DNA of 64,000 nucleotides from contig OZ365113.1 of the NCBI GenBank assembly GCA_977030845.1, positions 31,000,001 through 31,064,000 on the forward strand. Direction: 5' to 3'. Each line of letters begins with the position of its first letter. The stretch's first letter is position 1. Below the pieces are notes generated by a model. That model was not told the origin of the DNA. It saw nothing but the letters and a program-made list of their open reading frames with translations, and made no database searches. A program made the translations under genes and the position numbers. The DNA comes from Fimbriosthenelais zetlandica (Eukaryota). Below are positions 10,879-22,821 of the stretch, piece by piece.

Positions 10879-13800
10879 ATGGGTGTTGGGAAGATGGAGA
10901 GGTTGCTGTGGATCTCAGGTGTTCTCTTGTTAATCAAGACTAGCTCTGGATTCTTACCTGACTTAGTTACTGATCTACCAGGTCTGGACATCCCATTACC
11001 ATCCAGACAATACTCTGGATATCTCCAAGTCTCAGAAAAACACTTCCTACACTATTGGTAACCTGAATTCTTATTTATCCTTTTATCAAGAATTCTTGCT
11101 TTAGGCCTATAAGGGGCGACCATTTTTTAATATCGGAATATAGAGCTAGACACCCTTATTTCATTCAAGGCAAGACGGGCTTGAAATATTTTATTTCCTA
11201 CCGGGCATTCTATATTTATTTTTAACGAATTAGAGAGATAAAAATAGTCAAATTACATGTTGGGATTATCCCTTTATTTTAGGTTAGTAGAATCAGAGAG
11301 GTCACCTGCGACGGATCCTTTGGTTATCTGGTTTAATGGTGGTCCTGGATGCAGTTCCATGGATGCTTTTTTCACTGAAAACGGACCATTCAGGGTGAGT
11401 GAATCACATCTTGATATCACTTACACATGTGTGCGAAAATTGATACCTTAATTAATTTAAGATATGTCTTAAATTTCTCTTCTAATTAGATCGAGAAGGG
11501 AGGCCATAAACTCTACTTGCATGAATACCGATGGAATAAGGTTTGTATTTAAAATTAATCATATTCGACCATAACGTTATGTAATGCTACATGCTGTTTT
11601 TCCCGTGATTTTTATCCCATCTTCTGTCTACTTGTTAACAGATAGCAAATATGCTGTACCTTGAGTCTCCAGTAGGAGTTGGTTTTTCATACAGTACCGA
11701 TGAAAAGTATGACACCAACGATGACTTGGTGAGTATATTTTTAAAAATTATTAAAACAGCATTTTACTATCAATAACGACTTATACAGCGTCCTATCTGA
11801 TTATAATCATAGATAATTGTCTGCACATCACGATCATACTTTTGACTGGAAATAGCTAGCTTTATTTATTTGGAGAAAGAATGTTCAGAGGACCTTTTTA
11901 ATTACAGGTTGCTGAAGATAACCATAAAGCTATACATGCTTTCTATAAGAAATTTCCAGAATACAGAAAGCGACCTCTGTATGTAACAGGAGAGAGCTAT
12001 GCTGGTATCTATATCCCCACCCTGCTGGTCAGAATTTTAGACGATCCCTTCATTATGCCCAACCTCAAGGTATTTTGATTTTTGTTAATCTAATTTGTAC
12101 TCATTCTTTAGATTAATATACCGTATTTGCCGGTGTATTTAAATCGCACATCCCATGGCCGCTATATATAAACAGCTGCTTTGTATAGACATCCATATGA
12201 AATTCGCTTCCTTATATATTTTTTTTAAGTCGCGGTTTATACACCAGCAAATACGGTAATCAAATATCGCCATTGCTCCATTAAAATTTACCTCGCTGTA
12301 TATACAGAACAAAGTTTTGATTACTTTCAGGCTGCAGCTATTGGGAATGGGTATATGAACCCAAATCTGTTGGACAGCACCACTTTCCACTTCTGGTACT
12401 ACCATGGCTTAATTCCTACCAGGTAAATAAAGCAGACCTAAGCAATTATCCTACATTTAGACGATTGACTTCAAAGATATTGCCTTTATGTTAATGCCAA
12501 GAAGGGAAGGCAAATTGAATAAAGTAAATAAGGTAAATTGAATAATATTTTTATTGGCTCTGCAGGTCTTGGAAGGATTTGACAGAGGCCTGCTGTGAAA
12601 ATTCGAGCCCCACAAATTGCACTTTTGTGCCGTTCAGAAACGAAATATGTCAATCCTTGGTATGATTCACCAATCCTTTAACCAGAATTTGTTGACCTTA
12701 TTCTAGGTCTATGCCAAATACCTTAACCAAACGCATTGTGTTGCTTTTTTCCTCAGGCAGTGTCCATCTCTGTACATATCAACTCCCTTCCTATCAACCC
12801 ATACAACATTTATTCTGCCTGTGACACCTCTTCCTATGAGGCAGCTAAATCTGCAAGAACATCAACAATGATCGCACTTATGATAGAACAAGCTGCCCGC
12901 AAGTTCGATGATCCAGTGGTAATAATATTTCTATATTTATCTCTTTTATATTATGGTATGCTAGCTAGGCCTAAATAGATTGAGTACTGTGAACATTCCG
13001 AATTTCTTTTCTCCTTTCAGAATAATTTAAAATTTTTCATATGTGACACTGAGTACACCACTTGGTGTTTTTGGGTGCTGGAAGAGAGCTGTATAGGCTA
13101 CCTCCTTCTGATCCAGTACAATATTATGAGCTGCTATTCTTTTTGGCTGCTCCAGATATTCCTAATCCCAGCTAATTTACACGCAGTCTTAGACTTTTTC
13201 TATTTTGATTCCAGGTAGCAAATAAATTTAGAGCTTTGTCTTCAGATGCTCAGCAATCACTTCCATGTACTGGAACTAATGATATTGAAACATACATGAA
13301 CATGTTTGCTGTCCAGATGAAGATTCATGTCAAAACTGACCTACCAGAGTGGGTCCTCTGTAGGTAAGTGACATTATATAAATATAATCTATGTATGCAT
13401 AAAAGTAGGCCTTAGCAGGGAGCAGCTCATGTGATGGAGACATTTGAATAAGCCCACGAGTTAGTGACCAATTCACTAAAGTAGATAATTTCATGAAAGT
13501 CTATAATGCGATATGCCGCAGTGACATCATCAAAATGAACTACCATAGCCTACCAAGGACATTGTAATGCCTAGTACATATTGATATACATGTAATAAAT
13601 TATGGTTTTTCCCTGGAAGCCCCCGTGTGTCCCGTCCCGACACTTACACCATGCTGTATGACACAATGAAGCCACAATTCCTTGAAATCCTCAGCAAGGT
13701 GAGAATAGTCTTCCTCTTGAAACTGAGATGATGGGAGTTATTGGGTATCTTAAAGATGACTATTGTAAATGATGAGACTGAAATATTGTGTTGTGCTCAT

Positions 13801-14859
13801 TGTAGTATCGGGCTAAGCCCTCCTTTCATGAGTTTTATTAATGAAGGGATGTCTATTGTTACACTTACATTATTGATAGGGTAGAGCTGGGTAGAACAAA
13901 GGGTAGAACTATTGGTATGGTGGACAAAACTTTTAAAATTACAATCATTACAAAATCAGTACCGCACTTTTTTGTTTCTCCATTTCAACTAACTAATATT
14001 ACCACCCATTTCAGAATATATCTCTCCTTGTATTCAATGGTGACCAGGACACAGCCTGTAATTTCTTCGGTGATGAACGATTTGTTGATGACTTGGGAAT
14101 AAAGGTTAGTCCTATATAATGGCTACTTTTCATGAAAGTGGAGCACAAGGCCTCCACAGGGCCTATATTAAGAATTTGTCATATAGTTTTGGGCTTGCAA
14201 TATTTTAAAGGGGACATATTGGGGCACTTGTTCCAAAAGTTGGAACACGTTTCGTTAAAATTTTCGGTTTGGAAGCCCGGTGAAGTTAGGCCCTAAAAAT
14301 CTGTCTGAAATATATATGCGACTTGTGGGTTGTTTGAGGTGTGGGGGGGGGGGGGGGGGGGGGCTCATGCAGTGCCCGCCCCTCAGTAAAATATATTGGT
14401 GTTAATCATGAATTTATTTTTATCACGAATTTAATTAATTAATTTAGTAAAATTAATTAATTTTTATCACGAAACTTTAACAAACAATAGGCCTATTCTA
14501 ACTATTCATTTTAATCAGCCCTTATATATAAAGCCTACTCTTTTTCATATCAATACAGGAGGTGACAGCAAGACAACCATGGTATTACACTTCAGCTCGT
14601 GATTCCTCCAAACAAATTGGAGGATTTGCACATCAGTTCAAGGGTCTAACCTACGCTACAGTAAAGGTGAGGACATTGCCTTAAATTTTAATTTGTCTCA
14701 AAACTTAAGTTGAAGGACGATGGTGAATTGTGAAATAATTTAGAGATTTACCGTCGTTCATATATTCTATTCCAGGGTTCAGGACATATGGTACCTACAG
14801 ATCAACCTGTGTCATCATATCAAATGTTTCAACGATTTCTCAGTGGAATTCCTCTCTAG
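10879..14859 (+). CDS. CTSA-like: Serine carboxypeptidase S10 family, cathepsin A/lysosomal protective protein-like; 13 exons: 10879-11057, 11283-11394, 11490-11540, 11642-11728, 11908-12069, 12331-12422, 12566-12659, 12757-12918, 13215-13363, 13620-13698, 14015-14104, 14559-14666, 14776-14859
   Basis: All junctions are GT-AG and phase-consistent. Signal-peptide-like N-terminus; DLPGL..QYSGYL; [10 protein letters not shown]; [17 protein letters not shown]; catalytic Ser GESYAG, Asp NGDQDTACN, His KGSGHMVP; stop TAG 14857-14859. The start may be 10879 or 10894. Confidence 0.93.
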
Positions 14860-14885
14860 TGAACATTATGTGCATGCATGTATAC

Positions 14886-14891
14886 AATAAA
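14886..14891 (+). terminator. Candidate poly(A) signal AATAAA of the CTSA-like gene
   Basis: AATAAA 27 nt after the stop codon. Confidence 0.5.
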
Positions 14892-16070
14892 TACGCCTCG
14901 TCAATACCAAGCGCCGAGGTGGTGTTGATATGACCCCCGTCCCAAACCTCGGTCGGTTCTGGATTTATTATAACTTTGACCACCAGAAAACGATTAAAAA
15001 TTGTTAATAAATGGAAAAAATATGGCTTTTAATCGACCATTACAATGTTACCTAGAAACAATGTCTGTGACGTCACAGAGTGCAATACAGGACAGATTAT
15101 GGCACTCTGACGCCAATATCAGACTCCTATGTTAAGGCTATGGGAGATCAGTATCAGGGGTATAATAAAACGATGATTTCCAGATGTTAACTGGTTTATA
15201 ATTATAGTAGACCTGCAGTAGGCCTACAGGTAAACTATATAGGATCCTTTTTGAAACAATGGTATAAAGGGCTAGATGTCAGAAAAGCCCCCCTTCCATT
15301 AACACAAAGCTTCATGAATTGTTTTCTTTTCAACTTTTACCTGCATTAGATATTAAATCAATCACCCAACATAGGTTTCGTTATTTCTTCAATCCATGGC
15401 ACTGGCATTAGCCTCTATATAGAGGCCTGCACCGTCATATATGCCTAATATTTTACCTGTGTGGGCAGTTTGTGAACTACTACCTAATACAGGTGAAGAA
15501 ATATGGTAGCATGATATTAGGCCTAGGCCCTACATCCATTTTGTTGGCACGCACAACTGTTGCATTTTTTATCACCCAAAATTATGATATTTTCACACAA
15601 TTAGGAAGGTTTTCATGTGTTCAAAACTATCTATGAGTGGCCGACTACAGGAATAACAGTAGGCCTAAATCACGCTACAAGTGGCGCCGTCAGTGGCGAA
15701 ATCGGGAGGCTGGTTGGTTTGGCATTTTGCCACTGATTTAAAGTGTGAAGCCTAGGTCTAGGCCTAGGCTACTATAAGTGCTCGTTCCCATCTTATAAAA
15801 TCCGATCCTTTTCAAGCATTTTACCCTAAAAAACTACCCTCTTTCTTCAAAAACAAAGAGATTTTACCCATGAGGCTTGGATGTCAGGCTTTTGTTAGTT
15901 ATTCTATTTGTCCGCCATTGATGGTGGCGCTAGTTAGTCGAGTCGTCCGCGCTTTACGCCACAGCTCGCGTTGTAACGGTTTCATTGGGTTTTTTTTTAC
16001 CTGTGTTTTACTATTTTCACATGTCAACTTCCGCTCAAATGTCGACCATGTAGATAAAAACCGGCCTGGT

Positions 16071-16618
16071 GTTGCGTCCCTTCTTCGTTCGGAAGTTTTT
16101 GCACGTTCTCAGATACATTTTAACAGGTCTGGGACTGTTCGCACGGTTCTGGGACTGTGCGAACGGTTCCAGAACAGTTAATTGCTTTTAGCACGCATTT
16201 GGGACGGGTGTCCCAGAGGCGTTCCCAACTGGTTCCATGTCCTCTTGGGAGTAGTCCCGCACTAACAGAAAAGATGGTCTTCTATTGGTCCCAGCGAAAT
16301 TTGGCTTTAATATTATATAAAAAGTATAAAATTTTATAACGGTTGTTGCGTCCCTTCTTCGTTCGGAAGTTTTTGCACGTTCTCAGATACATTTTAACAG
16401 GTCTGGGACTGTTCGCACGGTTCTGGGACTGTGCGAACGGTTCCAGAACAGTTAATTGCTTTTAGCACGCAATTGGGACGGGTGTCCCAGAGGCGTTCCC
16501 AACTGGTTCCATGTCCTCTTGGGAGTAGTCCCGCACTAACAGAAAAGATGGTCTTCTATTGGTCCCAGCGAAATTTGGCTTTAATATTATATAAAAAATA
16601 TAAAATTTTATAACGGTT
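16071..16618. repeat. Tandem duplication, 2 x 274 bp, near identical
   Basis: gttgcgtcccttcttcgttcgg recurs at 16071 and 16345; identical small ORFs at 16157 and 16431; about 2 differences between copies. Confidence 0.92.
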
Positions 16619-18159
16619 CTAGACCAGTTCAAATGTTACCAAAAGACATAGAACTGTTCTGGGTCTGTTCTAAATATTAAATTTGTCCCGCGAACGTTCT
16701 TGGGACGGGGGTCCCAGATGCGTTCAAATAATATAAAGCCTGTTCCAAATGAGTGACGGAAGTGATGCTATGAATAATGATGGATTATGGGAAAGATATG
16801 GCAGGAGACTGTACAGTGCTGCTATAGGCGGCGATCTCGGGAACTAATTTCCTTATTCCTATTTTGGGACTTCCCTGTATGTAGGGCGTTTTTAGGTACA
16901 TCTATACTATCACTGGCTAGCCTACACATAAAGACTTATTACATATGTGGTCATTACATCTACCATACACTTCCCTCTACGGTTCCACTGCTCGGATATT
17001 GTCTTTCATGCATATTCATGAGTCGTCCCGTTTTGCTCTATTATTATTGGATGAACGGGGTCGAGAACTTCCGTTCCAGAGTCGTTCCAAAGGCATTATA
17101 TGTCCTGCATTATGATTGGTTTAGAGTGGATGAACGGGCTCGAGAACTTCCGTTCCAGAGTCGTTCCAAAGGCATTCTATGTCCTGCATTATGATTGGTT
17201 TAGAGGAATATAATCACCGGGGTTAATCTGTTTATGTCATCTCATTGGCTGCTATATTTTAAGCCAATGATATTCTTTTATATAAGGCAGTCAGGGGACC
17301 AGTGTATTATATTAATAATAATGGCTTTTATTTTTGCTTTATATAATAAGCACGCCTTCGGAACCGCACGCATTTGGGGCACTGCAACGGTTCTAGACCA
17401 GTTCAAATGTTACCAAAAGACATAGAACTGTTCTGGGTCTGTTCTAAATATTAAATTTGTCCCGCGAACGTTCTTGGGACGGGGGTCCCAGATGCGTTCA
17501 AATAATATAAAGCCTGTTCCAAATGAGTGACGGAAGTGATGCTATGAATAATGATGGATTATGGGAAAGATATGGCAGGAGACTGTACAGTGCTGCTATA
17601 GGCGGCGATCTCGGGAACTAATTTCCTTATTCCTATTTTGGGACTTCCCTGTATGTAGGGCGTTTTTAGGTACATCTATACTATCACTGGCTAGCCTACA
17701 CATAAAGACTTATTACATATGTGGTCATTACATCTACCATACACTTCCCTCTACGGTTCCACGGCTCGGATATTGTCTTTCATGCATATTCATGAGTCGT
17801 CCCGTTTTGCTCTATTATTATTGGATGAACGGGGTCGAGAACTTCCGTTCCAGAGTCGTTCCAAAGGCATTATATGTCCTGCATTATGATTGGTTTAGAG
17901 TGGATGAACGGGCTCGAGAACTTCCGTTCCAGAGTCGTTCCAAAGGCATTCTATGTCCTGCATTATGATTGGTTTAGAGGAATATAATCACCGGGGTTAA
18001 TCTGTTTATGTCATCTCATTGGCTGCTATATTTTAAGCCAATGATATTCTTTTATATAAGGCAGTCAGGGGACCAGTGTATAATATTAATAATAATGGCT
18101 TTTATTTTTGCTTTATATAATAAGCACGCCTTCGGAACCGCACGCATTTGGGGCACTGC
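16612..18159. repeat. Tandem duplication, 2 x 774 bp, each copy containing an internal 2 x 79 bp duplication
   Basis: aacggttctagaccagttc at 16612 and 17386; ORFs at 16787 and 17561 differ by one residue; tggatgaacggg..ttagag at 17048 and 17127 (and again +774). Confidence 0.92.
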
Positions 18160-18569
18160 AAGTCTAACTAAACAAATGATTGATGATATATCCAGTAGTG
18201 CTTTTGTGTGGTATTAAGTCTTATATATCTGTTGTTTAAAGAATGAGAACCCTCGGAGCTGTCGCCGTGTCGGACTTCTCAGCTCAGGCCTCAGCTCAGC
18301 TCAGGCCAAGTCCATTTCAATTCAAATACATTAGTCATTATAGACATCTTAACTTAAGTCAACTAAGATTTCTATGAGGCCACATCGTAGGCACAAATTA
18401 TGTAATATGAAGGTTGAATAGCTAATGTTCTACTTTATAACCATAGATGACTCACTTCTTCACTCTCACCCCCCCCCCCCCCCCCCCCATCCCCTTACAC
18501 AAATTGACACCCTGAATTCTCTCACTTATAGATGATTAATATCATGTATTTTATGTCTTATCTTTTCAG

Positions 18570-18960
18570 GCTTTATGTACCGGTACGCCCGTAGGTTAAA
18601 TCAATGAGTAAACCGCAATCATTGAGTGACTTGACAGCTTCCTGACTCTGTATCCAAGGTAAGCCTCCTTATAATAAACTTACTACCACAGTTGACACAA
18701 TAAACTTGGAAGAATTTATTCTTATATTACTATGGATATCTTAAACAAACTTTCCGATATTTTTCAAGTTTTTCATCAGTAATTTTTAAGATGTTTTGAA
18801 TCTTTCAATCTTCTTTTGCAGCCATATGAAAGGATGCGCTTTCTTATCTACCGAACACCAGACAACCAAGCGACGTAACGTCTACGACGGTTACAAGCAT
18901 TTAGTCACTTTAGTTAACCCACACTCGGTTCATGACCTGGTTAAAGACGGGTTCCTTTAA
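18570..18960 (+). other. Possible spliced transcript: non-coding exon 18570-18658 followed by an exon from 18822 carrying a 44-aa small ORF (18826-18960)
   Basis: tcttttcag|GCT...CAAG|gtaagc, with stops in all three frames; ttcttttgcag|CCATATG opens MKGCAFLSTEHQTTKRRNVYDGYKHLVTLVNPHSVHDLVKDGFL*. No homology recognised. Confidence 0.3.
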
Positions 18961-19009
18961 TTAGTATTTATTTCGCATAAGTGTTTTTGCCCCACAATTT
19001 CTCATCAAA

Positions 19010-20420
19010 TAGATTGGTTTAATATCAGAGAGTTGTAGCTTTGAGGAAGTCAGTAATTGTTATTTTAGATTAATTATCATAAAATGTTTAATTCATATCT
19101 GGTAATATCAGGGACTTGTAGTTTCAGAATTTAAAGTTCAGAGTTCAAAGAGTGTAAAAACTGGGATTTCCGAGGTACATGTAATAATTGCATAGAGGTA
19201 GACCTATTATTACAATGTTATATTTATTTGATATTGAAAACAGAGACTTGCAAATGATGTGCAAAGTAATTATTTAGATTGATTATCATAGGTTATATTT
19301 ACTTCATAGGTTATATTTAATTGAATATTGCATAATTGAGTGAAGCTTTGCCAGACACAGTAATTATTTTAGATTTAGATTATATTTATCAAATTAGTTA
19401 ATGTCAGAGAGTTGTAGCTTTGGTATACACAGTAATTATTATTTTAGATTAATTATCATAGACTTGATTTAATCAAGATTTGGTTAATGCCACAGAGTTT
19501 ATTTAATTAAGAATTTGGAGTTGATAGTTCAAAGTTAGACTGCGCAAAGTAATTATTTACATAGGTTATATTTATTTCATTATTTTAATATGAGATTTGT
19601 GTAAAGTTAGTCAAAGGAAACTTCTATGTGCAAGGTAATTTATATATATCATTATAGGTATCCTCTTTTGGTGAAATGAGTTTCAAATCACAGATATTCA
19701 TTAAAATTCATTTTGATAAGTGAGGTTTCGAATACCAAAACTTTAAATCAATTTTTACACAAGCCGTGAAGCAGAATACAAGGATAATGTTATATTTCAT
19801 CTTGTACATTATTTTCTATGGATATTTAATTTATAGGTAGCCCATTTTGGACCCCGTGAGACATGCGAGTCATTTCACCAAAATTAGATCACATTATTTA
19901 TTTCAAGTATGTTTGATACACGTATAAAATAATGTCACTTATCTAGATGTTAGATTGCTGATTGTAATGTCAAAAATGGTGGCCCCGCCCCTCTACCTCT
20001 CCCCTTCCAATATCCCTTCCATCTCCCTCTCACTACCGGTACCTTCTCTCTTCCTTCTGTGTTGTAATTTCAAAATTTAAAGTTCGTAGTTTAAATTTAG
20101 ACAGTGGAAACTGGAATTTCTAAAGTAATTGGTATATAGAAGTAGACCTATCATCATATTATGGTATATTTATTTGATATTCAATGTTAGACAGCGGAGA
20201 CTTTGATCTGCTAAGTAATTACTTGCATTTATTCTTATAGGTTATATTTACTTGATAATTGAATATTGATTTGTTAATGTCAGAGAATTTGTCATGGTCT
20301 ATATTTACATCAGAATTTCATAGTTTGAAGTTAGATAGCGTGAAGTAATTATTAACATAGGTTATAATATTATACTTCATAATATTCATATGAGATTTGT
20401 TTAAAGTTAGACTGTGGAAA
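19010..20420. repeat. Decayed AT-rich satellite-like region with diverged internal duplications
   Basis: The motif gtaattatt..(tagatt)..atcataggttatattta recurs many times. Blocks ~19130-19240 and ~20075-20185 align, as do ~19530-19612 and ~20330-20412. Confidence 0.65.
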
Positions 20421-21046
20421 CTTGTGTTATGGAAAGTAGTTACTGTTCATTTTTGCATCTCCAACTCCCCACCCCATCCCCCCGCACCCACCTTACCCAT
20501 TTCCCATCTCCATCTCTTCCCCTTCCCACTTACCACTCAGCCGTCAGATCACTTCTGATTCTGACTTTAGTTCTCTTTTTAAGATATTCTACACTTTTTA
20601 TTTCTTTTCATTTCCGCCCTTAGAGGCAGTCTATCCCTCTACATCCCTTAACATTTTTTCCGTTAGTCTGAATGGTGCCCAGATGTGAAACAACGCGCCC
20701 GGTTGAACATGCCGTATGCCCTGTGATGGGGCAGTATGTGATTCGTGCTTCGGGTCTGGGCCGGGTTGACCAGTACCTCGATGTCCCATGCGTCAGTTGG
20801 GATCCTGGAACGTCCTACCTTACCCTCCTAGTACCCCTACCCCTGAGCGAGGGTAATACTAGTGGCCCTCGCTCGCCACAAGGGGCATTACACCTGTACT
20901 CTATTTGAAGGTCAAATAAAATGCAACAAACAAATATTTCAATTTCTTGTTCTTTATTCATATCATGAGGCCTGTACCCACTGGTCCTCCTACCGCGCTG
21001 CTCGATCTTCCTATACCATTTCCCTTACATATCATTACCCCGCTAC

Positions 21047-21265
21047 ACTTCCCATACATGCCACCAGGGCCCCCACCCCTTGACTAACCCCATACTAACC
21101 CTTGCTGAGCGCCCCTCTATTTCCCATACGCTGCTCCTACCTGGCTCGTCGTTCTTCCATTACCCCGCTAGGCGTGCTCCACTTCCCATACATGCCACCA
21201 GGGCCCCCCACCCCTTGATTAACCCTAACCCTTGCTGAGTGCCCCCCTCTATATCCCATACATTA
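21047..21265. repeat. Diverged ~134-bp C-rich duplication sharing the ttcccatacat core with the downstream minisatellite
   Basis: acttcccatacatgccaccagggccccc at 21047 and 21181; aacccttgctgag(c/t)gcccc at ~21098 and ~21228. Confidence 0.7.
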
Positions 21266-21357
21266 GACGATTCTGATACCCCGCTAGGTGTTCCTTCACA
21301 TACATGCCACTAGGACCCTGGCTCGGCGTTCCACTATTTCCTGAACTGTGAAAATGT

Positions 21358-21438
21358 TGACTTCGGCGGGATTCGAACCCACGTTGGTGTGACCCTTTAA
21401 ATGGGAGTCCAACACCTTAACCACTCGGCCACTGAATC
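21358..21438 (-). pseudogene. tRNA-Ser-like element (tRNA pseudogene or SINE head) with intact Pol III A and B boxes
   Basis: Minus strand: GATTCAGTGGCCGAGTGGTTAAGGTGTTGGACTCCCATTTAAAGGGTCACACCAACGTGGGTTCGAATCCCGCCGAAGTCA (81 nt, long variable arm). D- and T-arm consensus matches tRNA-Ser; acceptor and anticodon stems are mismatched. Confidence 0.7.
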
Positions 21439-21624
21439 TGCTGTGATTGAGCAGGTGTATTATCCATATAGGTACACCTATGGGGGTATACCCGAACCAA
21501 ACCAAACCCCCGTCGCCATGCAGGCAGCCTTGTTGTGGTTACCATGCTACTACATGCTACTACATGCTATACAACAATACACACGCAGAACTTACACGCC
21601 TTTCTTTCGCCTTTTTCTTTGCTT

Positions 21625-22089
21625 GGCGTTCCTCCACTTCCCATACATATCACAAGGCGTTCCTCCACTTCCCATACATATCACAAGGCGTTCCTCCACT
21701 TCCCATACATATCACAAGGCGTTCCTCCACTTCCCATACATATCACAAGGCGTTCCTCCACTTCCCATACATATCACAAGGCGCTACTTCACTTCCCATA
21801 CATATCACAAGGCGTTCCTCCACTTCCCATACATATCACAAGGCGTTCCTCCACTTCCCATACATATCACAAGGCGTTCCTCCACTTCCCATACATATCA
21901 CAAGGCGTTCCTCCACTTCCCATACATATCACAAGGCGTTCCTCCACTTCCCATACATATCACAAGGCGCTACTTCACTTCCCATACATATCACAAGGCG
22001 TTCCTCCACTTCCCATACATATCACAAGGCGTTCCTCCACTTCCCATACATATCACAAGGCGTTCCTCCACTTCCCATACATATCACAA
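21625..22089. repeat. 31-bp minisatellite, 15 copies (ggcgttcctccacttcccatacatatcacaa), with a variant unit at copies 6 and 12
   Basis: Exact 31-nt period. The variant ggcgctacttcacttccc occurs at 21780 and 21966 (186 bp apart). There are no unique spacers. Confidence 0.95.
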
Positions 22090-22114
22090 TTCTCATTATG
22101 TAATTATGATCTAG

Positions 22115-22283
22115 CTAGCGCGATAAAGCGACCCCAGATATAAAGCGGCGGAACGCTGAACTACAGTACTATGATCGTGATAGCCAAAGCTCTCTCCTCC
22201 CTTCTCGGTACGTTGGGGTAGATCACAGTAGAATAGTTCACCATTCCGCCGCCTCGAATCTGGGGTCGCCACTGTCGCGCTGG
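22115..22283. repeat. Imperfect inverted repeat (~60-bp arms), old MITE or hairpin
   Basis: gcgcgataaagcgaccccagatataaagcggcggaacgctgaactacagtactatgatc pairs with gatcacagtagaatagttcaccattccgccgcctcgaatctggggtcgccactgtcgcgc. Confidence 0.7.
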
Positions 22284-22821
22284 TTGCTGCTCCCATAGAG
22301 TCCAATGCTAAAGCCTCAAATTGGCACCATTTTCAGAAATCGAAATTTTAAATTAATTTAAGTTGCACAAAAAACACTTGGATACCCGGAGGTGCTTCCA
22401 ACTAAGAATAATCCGTTTGAATTGTAATTTTAGACCCATTATTTACAAAGTTATTCAACTTTTTCTACTTTTAGTGAGAGGGCGCTGTTCAGGTTTTTAA
22501 AAGGCCAAATTATAGGCCGGTATACGCACAGCCGATTTGTCAACTTTGGAGAAATCGGCGTTATCCTCGTTTTACGTCTCTGCCCGTTTGATATTTATTA
22601 GTAGAGGTCATAAGTCATACATAACTGCGGTTTTGAGTGAAAATAACACATCTTAAGTAGAGAAAGAGCCGATTGTAGTGGACTGGCAAACCGGCTCTGT
22701 GGCACACATTCCTGTAATCGTGAGTGATTTTTAACATTGCGCCTATGGGCGGGACACTTTTGATGGATTCAAGGGATTTACTCAGGTTAGAAGCATAGAA
22801 TCGGGCTGAATTTTTTGGAGG

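Noticed and set aside
14343-14363. Long G/C homopolymers (also ~8332-8362 and ~18469-18488)
   Set aside because: Simple homopolymers, with lengths unreliable in assemblies and no further structure.
16157-18217. Duplicated 60-135 aa ORFs
   Set aside because: They are by-products of the tandem duplications, with no recognisable domain or splice context.
21358-21438. Functional tRNA gene
   Set aside because: The acceptor stem has two mismatches, the anticodon stem is disrupted, and a CCC anticodon does not fit a Ser-type body.
21625-22089. 31-bp repeats as a CRISPR array
   Set aside because: The units are head-to-tail with no unique spacers, there are no cas genes, and the context is eukaryotic.
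21401-22143. Three overlapping 200+ aa ORFs
   Set aside because: They arise from a stop-free 31-bp repeat, and the same peptide cycles through all three frames.
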